Shown: one piece after another, positions 12,076 to 24,250 of the stretch
Position numbering within the stretch: the first letter of the stretch is position 1
Layout of the letters: every line of letters starts with the position of its first letter
DNA from: Lytechinus pictus
Lineage: Eukaryota
Length of the DNA stretch: 64,000 nt
Direction: 5' to 3'
Assembly: GCF_037042905.1 (NCBI RefSeq)
Contig: NC_087246.1
Location: 9,426,001 to 9,490,000, forward strand
Translations under genes and position numbers: made by a program
The notes under the pieces: generated by a model
The model's database searches: none
The model's input: the letters and a program-made list of their open reading frames with translations, nothing else
Told to the model about the DNA's origin: nothing

Positions 12076-13566
12076 GAGCGGTATTCTAAAAGCACAATCA
12101 ACGCTCAAATAGTGGTCAATTATCATTTTGGTATTCTGAAAAGTCACGTAAGTGTCCCTTTCCTTATTTGGCACTGCGTGCACTTGCAATAGTACGCATT
12201 ATGACCGCACAAAGACTTAATTGAATAGTTACGAGAGTTTTGGTAAATTCTGAAGTCTCATAGCGCTCAATTAGCGGACTTTCCAATGGGGAAAGATAAT
12301 GGTGATAAAAGGTCCATTTAGTCTCATCATCTCTTGCTAATTGTGGCTTTCATTTCTTATAAAGGGACAGGTTTCTTCTGCATTCCCTATAATAATCTAA
12401 TATATTTTCTTCTATTATATTATGTTATTTTATTTTCTTATATGAAAATAGTTCAATTCAATTTGGTTCACAACTGTGACTAAAAGAAGGTGTATTGAAG
12501 AGAATTGAGGAGAAAGATATAACAAGGGAATAGAATGAAGGGAAAGAAAGTAATATAGAAACAAGCAAAATAAGGAATAGGGAATTTGGTAATGAAGAAA
12601 TGAGAAAAGAGGGGGGGGGGAGGAAACAGACATTGTATGCATAGACAAAATTAGACTTATTTTTCTAGATATTCTTTTATTATAAAACATGACACAGTAT
12701 TAATTTTTTTTCCACATTTGACAATAAGGAGACTACCAAATCACGGTAGGTGAGGCAATATTTAGGGATGAATCAAACTTTGTTTCTGACAACAAAAATA
12801 AAACAAAATAGAATTTAAATGATTATTCTCTAGTTGAATAAAATACCCCCCCCCCCAAAAAAAAAAAAAAAGAATAGTGAGTGATGCCATCGTTTAACTC
12901 ACCTATAAAATCTGAAATGTCAACAACAAAAATTATATCAGATTTTGATAAAGAATTTCAGCTTTATACGCGTGTCTCATTTAAAAAATCTTTTTATTCA
13001 AATCACTATTTAGTTGGAGAAGATTTCCCCTATAATAAAATGGAAATTATGTTATTTTTTTAATAAGCAGGAATTAATGTTATCGGCCTAATAAAAAGAG
13101 TGTCCCCAAGACAAAGGCAAATAAAATATTATTTAAAAAAACACTGCAAATGTGTTCACACAGGTGGATGGGTTCAAAATTGAAAAAAAAATAAGAAAAG
13201 CAACAAAGGTACAAGAAAATGAGAAAAAGGGACAAGACAATAGAAATTCCACAGCATAAACGAACATCTAAACATCTCTGATGCAAAAACTTTTAGCATT
13301 ACTTTTCAACAAAAATTCTTTGTATCAAGCTTGCGGCGCAGTGCAGCTGCAGCAGCTGGGCGCTGCGCTGCAAGCCAGCAAAGTGAAGAGACACTAGCAA
13401 TGCGCATTTGATTGGCCAATTCTGTTCAGTAGGGGTGTGGTCTAAAGGGAGTTGATTGAGCGCTAATAGTAATACAGTTTTCAGAATACGAATTTGGAGG
13501 TCCATTAGCGCTCCATTAAATGGGGAACTTATGAGGAAAGTTATAGGAGACTTTTCAGAATACTCA
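12076..13566. mobile_element. Degenerate PIF/Harbinger-like element related to 302-2802
   Basis: CTG|GAGCGGTATTCTAAAAG left end, subterminal GGTATTCTGAAAA; right side has TTTTCAGAATAC twice (about 13478 and 13552). Confidence 0.6.
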
Positions 13567-13818
13567 CAGCAGGGTTGGCACTTTTTCTTCTTTTTTTTTA
13601 ATAAAAAAAATTGGATTTGATTTAAATCAGATTTTTTTATTTTTTTAAATAATATTTTCTAAAACAAAGTGGGAAGACCAAAAATACAACCCTTACACTG
13701 AAATCATTTTCAAGATCATACATTTTACAACTAAAATTATTATTATCTTCTATTCTATTTCATTATTAAATCCAGTTGAAATAGAATTTATATAGAATAT
13801 GTAAGTCATGACGAAGAT

Positions 13819-13937
13819 GCTGTTTCTGCATCCTCTCGTGTAGGGTATTCAGCTCCTACTGACTGGTTTGGTCCAAGTTGAGGAACTGCCTTGGTACAGC
13901 CAATTCTGCAAAGGTAGTGTTCCTATTCAAACATGAA
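13819..13937 (+). pseudogene. Decayed hAT transposase C-terminal dimerisation-domain fragment
   Basis: From 13842: RVFSSY*LVWSKLRNCLGTANSAKVVFLFKHE, preceded in another frame by AVSASS; matches the hATC pattern SSA..ER.FS...L..SKLRNRL. Contains a stop and a frameshift. Confidence 0.75.
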
Positions 13938-14776
13938 ATAAGGGTCAGTTTCATTGGAAGAATTTCATGACTCAGAGACTCACATTCTCGAAAGAGAAAC
14001 ATTCTTGATTTTCAAGCCAAGGACTGAAAATCATGTGTTTAACAAAGAAAACTCAATTTTTTTTGTTTGTTTAAACCTCCTTTGGTATTTGAGCCATGGT
14101 TGGAACCATTCTTTAAATCAATGATTTGCAAAGCTGTGACTTATTGGGAAAAGTTGCAATTTTATTTGAATTATTTCTTTTAGTACAATAAACCTGGAGT
14201 TGTACATGTACATGTTTCAATGGAAGTGATTTAAATCAATTATTCTTTTTTTCAAATCATAGTGAAAGTGAAGTAGGGGGCTTTAAGTCAGGATTTATTC
14301 ATATTTGATGATATAAAGTTGATAAAATCTTTCTATTTTTAGATAATAAAAATAAAACTGCCACAAATAAAAAAATTGTCAATCATTTGTATGTTTTAAT
14401 GAGAGTGATTTAAATCAATTATAAAAAAAAATCATAGAGAAAGTGGAGGCCTAAGTTTAAACCTTTTATAGCAATAGGATACATTGCAATATCAACCTGG
14501 TTTTATTGACATGATTTCAATAGTTTTTAGTAAATATGAAGCATTTATTTGTTTTGATGTTACTCTTACCAAGCTCTCTTTATCTTCCTTCTTCAGTTTG
14601 CTGTCAGCTTGTAACACTAACAGATACTCTGTTATTCAAAATTCATATGAAAACGTATCTTTCATGTCCTCAATGAACTGATAATGTAATTTAACCTCAA
14701 ATGCACTGGATGGATGGATTACGTCATACTGCACAGATGAAGAAGATGATGTAAAATTGATAACATAACATCTTTC

Positions 14777-17225
14777 TAGTGCTGCCACCAAACGGATATC
14801 CGAACAGTTTCCACCCGCGTGGACAGATTACGGTTTTCATTTTTCAGGTTCGGGTATCTGTGGACACTGATTCACCACTTTCCTGTCACAAAAACTCATT
14901 AAATTTAGTAAGACTCACCAACAAAATCTATAAATTTTAGTCGCCAATATAATCACCAATATCAATTAATCTTCTTCGGTAATATATTCCCGCCAAAAAC
15001 CATCGTTTTTATCAGTTTTGAAACATGACCTTATATCAGTTTTGGAGCATGACCGTCCGTGAATGGAGTAAAGTTCCGTTCTGACAACGATGGCGATTTT
15101 ACTATGGTGTCGCTTAAGATCGTTTTTCTTTCCCGTATTATGTTTTGATGATTTCAAATGCGTAACTCATCGTATATTTTCTTACCTCGACTTTCAATGC
15201 GAGTGAAGAATGAAGATAATTTGAAACCATTTAAGCGTCAAATAAATGTTGATCGGGTTACTCGGGTGTGTCATGTTGTTTCTTGTAATTTATTCATCAA
15301 ATGCAAAATGAATTCTACTTTTTCTCACAGCAACTTTGGTTACCAATGAAGATGATTATTTTTGAAACTATGAAAAGTTGAAAATTTGAATGAATGTTGA
15401 TTGCGTGTGTCATGTTGTTTCTTGTAATTTATTCATCAAATGCAAAATGAATTCTACTTTTTCTCATTATGAAGATGATTATTTTTGAAACTATGAAAAG
15501 TTGAAAACGTCGAATGAATGTTGATTGCGTGTGTCATGTTGTTTCTCGTAATTTATTCATCAAATAATGCAAAATGAATTCTACTTTTCTCACAGCAACT
15601 TTGGTTACAAATGAAGATGATTATTTTTGAAACTATGAAAAGTTGAAAACGTCAAATAAATGTTGATTGCGTGTGTCATGTTGTTTTTGTGATTTATTCA
15701 TCAAATACAAAATGAATTCTACTTTTTCTCACGGCAACTTTCGTTACAAATGAAGATGATTATTTTTGAAACTTTGAAAACGTCGAATGAATGTTGGCTG
15801 CGTGTGTCATGTTGTTTTTTGTAATTTATTTAAATTGAAATGCGTAACGACATATTCATTTTCAGTCCTTTTTTCTCACATCAACTTTCGATATGAATGA
15901 AGAATGAAGATAATTTTGAAATCATGTAAGCGTCAAATACATGTTGATTGGCCATTTTATTTTGTTTCTTTTGATTTATTTATCAAATCCGAAATAATGA
16001 ATCATCCCTTTTCTTTCTTGAACTGTCATTAATAATGATAATGATTAATTAGAATGAAACTGTCCATTATCTAGATGTCAATTGTATTTGTGTTATTGCA
16101 AATTTTAAATTGTTCACGTATGTTTATATTTTGATAACTTGTTCGTAGAAACTTATATATCAGGATCAAAACTTTATTCTGGTAGAATTATTGAATTATG
16201 AAAGAATGATAATTGTCAATTGAAAATCTCTTTCATGAATTAATATTTAATATATAAATTACAAAACACACATTTTCCTTTATTTCAGTTTAAATGGCAT
16301 ATCCACTATAAATTTTGATATCCATCATCACGTAAACAACAATTATTTAAAAGGCGGTATCGTGCCAGAAAGGTTTATGATGTGCGCCCGCCGAGTATGT
16401 GGTCGGTTGTGAATCGACGTGTTTTGCAGTAAAACTTACTGGTGATGAATGTAAGTGATTAGTTACTGTTACTGTGATTAAATCTTGTCTTGAATCTTTG
16501 TTAGAAGTGTGATTATGTTTCAGAAGTTGAGAAATGAGAAGCTTGGCTATAATTTGGGGAATGGGGAGAAACCTGACATGAAAATGAAAATATTCCAAGT
16601 ACGATCCCATTTGAAGGTGTAGCGAGTAAAATGTGACCAAATATATATCGGACGATTCGCTCCAGACACGTCCAGACAGGACAGCACGTGCGTGAGCTGA
16701 ATGATGTAGGCCTGTCTGGTTTTAGACTTTTAGTAATAGTAGACTCGCACTTACACTCGCCTCGGTCAAATTCATTGCATCTTATTTCATTCGATCGGAA
16801 CTAAAAAATAAACACACATACTCTCGCAACCCTTAAATGGGATCGTAACTAGGCCCGATTTGTATAACTCAAATAATAGTCATTTACTAATACTAGCTTA
16901 CACAGTCATTAGATCTACATTTGAAGCCGTAGGCGTAGCCTGAGTAGCCTCACGCTCACTCACATTAGTCAAATCCGATTGCAAAACAGATTCAACCCAA
17001 AAATTCAGCTCCTCGTAATTTCGTGGTTTTCAGAAATATTTTAATTAGCGCACGCTAGGTATAGGTTCAAAACTCAAATATAACTGAAAATCTTAAAATA
17101 ACTCAAATAAGTGCAAATGGATATTATTTTTTATATTTCAGGGTAAAATTTCGGATACCCGTCCGCCGTCCGGTTTTCAGAGTCGGGTATCCGAATATTG
17201 AAATATCCGTTTCAAGTCAGGCCTA
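14777..17225. mobile_element. hAT-like element nested in 13570-17417
   Basis: Perfect 8-bp TSD CATCTTTC (14769-14776, 17226-17233); imperfect TIR TAGTGCTGCCACCAAACGGATAT vs TAGGCCTGACTTGAAACGGATAT; subterminal CGGATA/CGGGTATC motifs. Confidence 0.85.
15200..15990. repeat. Tandem repeat, ~125-142 bp unit, 5-6 copies
   Basis: TGTCATGTTGTTT...TTTATTCATCAAAT recurs at about 15269, 15408, 15533, 15675 and 15805. Confidence 0.9.
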
Positions 17226-18036
17226 CATCTTTCTATTTTGAATAAAAAAAACTGTCAATCATTTGTCCACGTTTCAACTTTCATGACAATGCCAATGGAA
17301 CCTTGGAAGTTAATTAAATCAATGATTTTTTTTCAAATCATAGTTAGTGATTTAAATCGTGATTAAAAAAAAAAGAATCATGATTTTAATCAACGTGATT
17401 TAAATCAGCCAACCTTGATTCAAAGTCCCATCCTTTCATTTTGATGTGATGCATAATACGCAGTCTCTTCTGAAGTTCTGGCGAACAGTCAGTGGCCCTG
17501 CCAGACAGCGCCCAGGCCAGGCAGGCTAGGCCCTAGACAGGAATAACCGTCGTTTCTGGGGATTTATTCAACAATTTCTGACATTTTACTGTAATCCCCA
17601 TTTACCGACGGTAGGGTGTACGTCTGGGCTCGCATGTGTTCTCATTCCCTCCCTTTTGTCAATTCACAGTCCAAAGTTTGATGTAATTTTACACATCGAA
17701 TTTACAATCTAAGGATGTATAAACAACAAACTTTTAAAATTTGATATTCCATTAACAAAATACTTTAAACGATATAGATGAAAAGGCATGAAAATTATAC
17801 TTTACCGATGTTTAATTGGGTTGAACACGATAAAAATGGTCAAAATGGCAGCCAAACTATAAAATATTTACAAACGAACGTCAACAATCACGAATGTGAT
17901 ATCGATATTGCTTTCGATATTATACGATCTGCTCCATATGCGAACGAAACCGAAGATAAACGATACTAGTTATACTAGTACTAGTACTAGTTATAATCGC
18001 GATATATCGATTCGAGACATTAAGTTAATAACGATA

Positions 18037-18392
18037 ATGACGTCATTCAAGATGGCAACTTGCAAGAAAAACCGTCAGGTCAGGTGAAAATGTCTTAGAT
18101 GACAGATTTCTCAATCATCCAGAGGATTTTTTTCAATAACTCCGGCCCAAGGTATGCAATTACTTAAGTTATTTATATTTCCCTGATAATGGAAACCATG
18201 AAACTTTCAATTTTGCTTAAAAAACAGTTTTAAATCGCGATCTATAAATCGCGATCTATAATATAAAACGCTAGTTCACTATACGTTGGCTGTAGGTACG
18301 GGGCCCCATCCCCTTCAGTCTATGTATGGTGAGTGGAGCCAACGTAGTTCAGCGGAACAACCAAAATACAGAGACTGAAGCTTTTGGTCTAG
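18037..18392 (+). repeat. Dispersed repeat copy A' (inverted relative to 5585-5932)
   Basis: CAAGATGGCAAC...CCAAGGTATG...CAGAGACTGAAGCTTTTGGTCTAG mirrors copy A. Confidence 0.75.
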
Positions 18393-18579
18393 CTAGGCCC
18401 CAGCACTGATGCGGGTCGCGGCGCGGTCAGGCATCATCAGGCATGTGTCAGGCGCAAACTAATTGCGATGTTTTTAGATCTACTCATCTCGCCAGTTCTC
18501 CGTAGCCCTACATCATGACATTAGACCTAATTGATTATAGACTCAAAGAACATTTTTTGTATTTTTCAATATTACTTAC

Positions 18580-18670
18580 GCGTTTGGACAGGAAATGCCG
18601 TTCTACTTGCAATTATTTGTAAAATGTTAGGACACTTGCAGGAAATTCGTGTGATCATGGAGGCTGCCAT
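18580..18670 (-). CDS. MRPL44: MRPL44 exon 1 (putative mitochondrial targeting peptide MAASMITRISCKCPNILQIIASRTAFPVQT)
   Basis: Minus strand AAAATGGCAGCC start; 30 codons + 1 nt, then GTAAGT donor. Peptide has no acidic residues and is R/S/A-rich. Phase 1 matches the acceptor at 4723 (C|AT = His). Confidence 0.8.
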
Positions 18671-18830
18671 TTTGAGTTGCCTGTTTGCAGAGCTAATACC
18701 GGTAATCCGGAAAAAATCCATGCCGCCGATAGGCACAAAAATAGAAGAAAGATGTATTTCTTTCTTTCAGAAATTCAGGGTTCACAGATAATTATCCTAC
18801 GGTATGTGGGTTCTTTTCATTTCAAATAGA
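18671..18830 (-). promoter_or_regulatory. Putative MRPL44 core promoter/5' UTR
   Basis: Directly upstream of the AAAATGGCAG start; contains CCGGAA (ETS-like core) and CpGs. Confidence 0.4.
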
Positions 18831-19304
18831 ATCAGGGTTGGCGATCCTGTATCAGATGATGATCATGGGGGGGGGGGGGGCAAGGGGCGCAGTGCCCCAG
18901 TGCCCCCATCCCACTTTTTGTGGTTAAAATGTCCCCTTTTCAAAACCACCTTTGTGAATTCGGGCAGGCCTAGTGATTTGACCAAGCAGCTAGTCTGCTC
19001 CCCCTAGCCCCCAAATATTTTCTAATATTTTATGCGAAGGAGCGCAGTAAAAAAAAATCACATATTCAAAATACTTGAGAATTATTTCATAACACACCCA
19101 TCAGGCTCTGATTGTTTTTTTTTTAAATAATAATCGCGAAGTGATTTCACTTCATGATAAGAGGGACAAAAATTAAGAAGGGGATACAGCTATTTACTCT
19201 TTCCATGCAGGCTTTTCATTATACGGGAGTGAACCAAAATGAAAGAGCGAAAATTCCTTATAAGAGCGATATTTTTTAAATCTTCATAGAGATAAGACCT
19301 TTAA

Positions 19305-19907
19305 AGGTCAAGTCCACCTCATGAAAATGTTAATTTGAATCAATAAAAAAAAATCAGACAAGCATAATGCTGAAAATTTCATCAAAATCGGATGTAAAAT
19401 AAGAAAGTTATGACATTTTAAAGTTTCGCTTATTTTTCACAAAATAGTTATGTGCACAATTTAGTCGCATGCAAATGAGATAATCGATGATGTCCCTCAC
19501 TCACTATTTCTTTTGTTTTTTATTGTTCGAATTATACATTATTTCAATTTTTGCAGATTTGACAATAAGGACCAACTTGACTGGACCATAAAATGTTAAG
19601 CAATGGTAATTCAACATGTTCAGGGAGAAATAATACTTTGTTTTACAGGACAATGAGGAGAAAATTAGAATAATTCATATTTCACATAATAAAATACAAA
19701 AGAAATAGTGAGTGAGTGATGTCATCAGTTCCCTCATTTGCATACCGACCAGGATGTGAATATAACTGTTTTGTGAAATTAAGCGAAACTTTAAAATGTC
19801 ATAATTTTCTTATTTTACATCCGATTTTGATGAAATTTTCAGTGTTATGCTTGTTGGATTTTTCTCTTTTTATTCAAATCAAATTTTTGTTGGGGTGGAC
19901 TTGTCCT
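19305..19907. mobile_element. Kolobok-like TTAA MITE, family K1
   Basis: TTAA|AGGTCAAGTCCACC...GGTGGACTTGTCCT|TTAA; long imperfect palindromic arms. Confidence 0.9.
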
Positions 19908-20369
19908 TTAACATAAGGTATAATAGAATATGGCAGGGGATGGGGTTAATGTCATTGGTACCAGCCCCCCTTCAATGTGTTATGAGGGAAACTGGTGACC
20001 GGGGAGAAGTAATTTTAGCATTTTGAGAATTTTATTATGAACTTCGAAATAAATGTAAATGTACAACATTTATCTTTGAATTCCTGAATGAGATACTCGA
20101 TCCCTGGGGGACTCGATCAACATGCAGAAAGGCCGCATAAGAACATGACCCAGGATCTCTGCCCATGTATAACACATTATTGCACAGAATAGAGTCAAAT
20201 CTCTCTAATCTGAGGCCTCGTTTGGGGGGGGGGGGGCAGGGACGAACATATCGATTTGCTCCCCTAATAATTGTGATAATATAGTATGCAAATGAATTGT
20301 TTAAAAAGCATTGGGATCGCGAAGCACTATGAAACCATTATACTTGACTTTAAAATACTATTATACATA

Positions 20370-23300
20370 CAGGGGCGGGTCCAGCCTTCGCCAATAGGGG
20401 GGCCCGGAATTTTTTTCAGCCACATTTCCCCCGATCGGCCGCTCGAAGTTAATTTTTGCTAGTTTCTTTGAAGGGGTAGTCCTCATAGTCAGTGGCGTAA
20501 CAGGCGGGGGGGCAAGGGGGGCAAGCTGCCCCCCCTGGCGGAGCTCACCGGGAAAATTAAAAAAAACGGGAAAAAGAAAAAAAAGGGAGGAAGAAAGGGA
20601 AAGGGAAAGGAAAGGAAAGAAAAGAAAAAAGGGGAAAGGGAAGGGGAAAGGAAAAGGGAAAGGGAAAAGAAAACTAAGAAAAAACATAAAAAAGGGAAAA
20701 CGGAAAGATAACGGGAAAAGGAAGGAAAAAAGAACAAGTGAGAAAAAACAATTCGCCCCGATATAATACATTAGCATGATTAGTAAGACAGGGAAATAAA
20801 TTAAAGATGGCAAAAAGGCAAACAAAAGCGGGAAATAAAGGCAATGGAATTAGCCAAAATCTAAATTGGAAAATAAAGATCAGGGACAAGATAACGTACA
20901 TGCACTACCGGGCCGCCGAGGATTGAGCGGGAAGAAAAATGGATGGTATATAGCATAATGTCGTATGAAAGTCTATCATAAACTTGCTAAATCTCCAAAG
21001 GCTCTGTCCTAGAGTCAAGACCCCGTGCAGTGGGGGCTCTTTATCTGTAACCTTTAATGGGTTCTATAACGGGCCCCTATATGGACCCTTCCTGCATTAA
21101 GCTTTACGTTGAAGCACTGGCATACCAGGGGTGGTTCCACAGCCAAGGGGAAATAAAAGAAAATAAAGGAGGCAGCGAAATGAGATGAATGAAAAAAAAA
21201 AATATATGACATGATATTTGCTATAATGATGTAAAAATCTATCACATAATTAGAATTTCATTTTAACAGGCCTTTTTTTTCTGGCTCGCTTCGCTCGCTG
21301 GCGACTTTTTACAAATTTTCCCACATTTGCTATGGTGTGCCCCTCACAATATTTGGATGATTACGATACACAACTGCATTGAATTTATGTGTTGTGTTGA
21401 AACTATATAAATATACACGCAATTTGATTAAAATAAGTGGCCATCTGTAAGGTTTAAAATGGCTTTGATATCAAGAGGTTCCGGGGCTCTGCCCTGGACC
21501 CCACCCATAAAGCACTGTTACATGGATGAGTTGGACCATGGCCCCAAAAGTTCTACAACCAAACAAAAAAAAGAGGAAAGAAAGGAAAGTGTATTATATT
21601 TTTCTGAATATCACGTCAAAATCTATCTTCATGTTAGATTCTCATGAAAAGGTGATTTTTTTTTATCTCGCTCGCTTCGCTCGCTCGGGACCTATATTAA
21701 GCTACTTCTTGCCAGAAGCGCCATACTCGGCCCCCTCGAGCATATAGAGCTTCGCTCTGATTCTCACAATCATAACAAAAATCCTGTTCACCGTGGCGTA
21801 CAAAAAAAAGAGAGAAAAAAGGAAAGAGAGGAGGGTGAAATATGATATCATCTTTTTAACAGTATGTCAAAATCTATCACAAAATTGGATTTTTGCAATA
21901 AAAATGTCAAAAAAATTTGCTCGCTCGCTTCGCTCGCTTATATATGTATATATATGCCCGATACGCCATATCGCCCCCTCAAAATTTTTGCCTTATGACG
22001 CCATTGCCTGTTCCATGATATGACCGGGAAATTTTTGGCTCTTGCGCCCCCCTGGCCACCGACCCCTGTTACGCCGCTGCTCATAGTCACTTCTAAGCTC
22101 TATACATATATATAAATTCATATAATATCATAAGCCTTATTTAAAAAGTGCGAGCAGAAATTTTTAATATGCGTTTTGATCTGATAAAAAAGGATCTGTT
22201 AACGGCAGCTTCTTAGCCATGAAGACGTTATATATTTCAACTATCAAATAATGCGAGCGCGAAGCGCGAGCTGAAAATTTTGACATTTTTACCTGAAGAA
22301 AGGAAAACGATAAGTATATATAACTAAATAATTAATGAGAGCGCGAAGCGCGAGCTGAAAAATTCGAGATTTAAACCTAAAATTGGGATACTCTATTCAT
22401 ATTTTGTAAATCATGAAAAGGATGAGTAATTTGAAATCTTCCTATATTAATAATGCGAGCGCAAAGCGCGAGCAGAAAATTTTTCATTTATTTTTAATAT
22501 ACGTTTTGATCTGATCAAAAAAAGGATATGTTAACGGCTGCTTGTTAGCCATGAAGACGTTACATATTTTAACTATCAAATAATGCGAGCGCGAAGCGCG
22601 AGCTGAAAGTTTTGACATTTCTACCTGAAGAATGTAAATTCTAAGCACTTTTTGTAATTGTGAAAAGGATAGGTATATAACTAAACAATTGATGCGAGCG
22701 CGAAGCGCGAGCGGAAAAAATCTGGACACTCTATTCATGTTATGTAAGTCATGAAAAGGATGAGTAATTGGAAAGTTTCCTACATTAATAATGCGAGCGA
22801 AAAGCGCGAGCAGACAATTTTTGATATTGTGATCTGAAACTTGATAATGATTTAAATAGAGAACAATCTGCGTATCTGAATAAACGTGTGTTTCAGATTT
22901 CGACCTAGAATTTGGGTATTCTAAATACCTTTCTTATCATGAAAATCAATAGCGCGAGCTAAAAATATATGATATTCCGATCTGAAAAAGGGTCAATTTA
23001 AGTTCTGTATTTTGTGGGAAAAATTGTGAGGTACCGTGGAAATGGATCACAGTTTAAAAAGAGCTGATATGTTTCATTATTATTACTTTGTCCTTTGACA
23101 TAGGACCGGGGCATTCTATAAGGACATTATGTCATCATAAGCTGAAAATGATGACTATCTTCCTATTTCTCTTCCTAAGCATGAGAGCGCAAAATCTGTT
23201 AATGTTATGGCCTGAAAACTAGACATTATTTTAAAGCACTTTTGTAATCATGAATAAGATGCATGAGTTAATAACTTTCAACAATCAATGAGAGCGGATA

Positions 23301-23946
23301 TCGCGAGCCGAAATGTATGATAAACTGTCATCAAATGGGGATTTTAAGTAGTTAGTTTGTTTTATGATTGATATTGAGACATACATAACTCACCAATCAA
23401 AATGCGATCGTGCAGCGCTAGCTGATACGTTTTTACCTGAATAGGGATATTTTGATAACTTTATGCAATACAGGAAATCACATTTTTGCGAGCGCAGCGC
23501 AAGCAGAAAATGTTAATATTCAGACCATAAAACAGAAATTTTCACAGAGCATTTTTTTAAAATTAGTTTGTAAATCAAAAAAAATAATGAAAGTTCAATT
23601 TCCGAGCTGAAATATGTTTTTTATATTGACTTCACAATTTGATATTTTAAGCTCCATATTGGGCAAGATATGTAAATCACCTAAAAGGCAATGCGAGCGC
23701 GAAGCGCAAGCGAAAATTTTATATCCTGACATGAAAGATTTTAAAAATTATTTTCCAAGTCTTCCCCTCATCTTAATTCTTATTTTATTCTATCGTCTTC
23801 CTCCTCTTGTTTCTCCTTCTTTTTTTCTCCTCTCTTTTCCCTTCTTTTTCTTTTTTTCTTTCTTTCCCCCTTTTTTCCCCTTTTTTGGCTCCGCCAATAG
23901 GGGGGGGGGGGCCGGGCCCCTCGGGCCCCCCCTGGATCCGCTAATG
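20370..23946. mobile_element. hAT-like non-autonomous element with repeated GCGAGCGCGAAGCGCGAGC motifs
   Basis: Ends CAGGGGCGGGTCCAG / CTGGATCCGCTAATG; TACATA on both flanks (6 bp); subterminal CGCCAATAGGGGGG at both ends. Confidence 0.7.
20490..22079. mobile_element. hAT element nested in 20370-23946
   Basis: TIR CAGTGGCGTAACAGG / CCTGTTACGCCGCTG; perfect 8-bp TSD CTCATAGT. Confidence 0.92.
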
Positions 23947-24023
23947 TACATAGAAAATTGTCTAGTTTTAGGAGCTCCTAATTCATGTGCGAAATTCTGT
24001 TAAAACTTGGCGCGCAGATAATT

Positions 24024-24250
24024 CAGTGGCGAAACTACGGGGGCACGTACCCCCCCCTAATCGGCTGGCAAAAAAAAACGGTGGAAAAGGAGAGAAAGAG
24101 GGAGAAAGAAAGAGAAACGTAGTGGGGGGGAGAAGAAATTATTGTATTTTATATCATATTTAATATTATGTTATATTATATTATACATCATATTACATAA
24201 GAAATATTTTTTTCATAACTTCATGGAACATAATTTGCTAAGAGCCAATG
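24024..24250 (+). mobile_element. hAT-like left-end fragment
   Basis: CAGTGGCGAAACTACGGGGGCACGTACCCCCC resembles the 20490 terminus; no confident partner end. Confidence 0.4.

Larger units (their letters stand above)
13570..17417. mobile_element. hAT deletion derivative with GATTTAAATC subterminal repeats
   Basis: TIR CAGGGTTGGC / GCCAACCTTG; imperfect 8-bp TSD ACTCACAG / ATTCAAAG; carries a transposase remnant. Confidence 0.8.
11953..17616. mobile_element. Possible CACTA/EnSpm-like outer element defined by ~83-bp inverted repeats
   Basis: 11955-12035 and 17534-17614 are reverse complements with about 8 mismatches in 81 bp; left end CACTACCG, right end CGGTAGGG; TG on both flanks. Confidence 0.5.

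Noticed and set aside
14966..15157. Possible BED zinc-finger remnant (NTGKKNDLKRHH)
   Set aside because: No upstream CxxC or aromatic residues seen; similarity too weak.
5585..18392. One giant 12.8-kb transposon bounded by repeats A and A'
   Set aside because: No TSD on the flanks and the inner parts are strongly diverged; treated as two dispersed copies.
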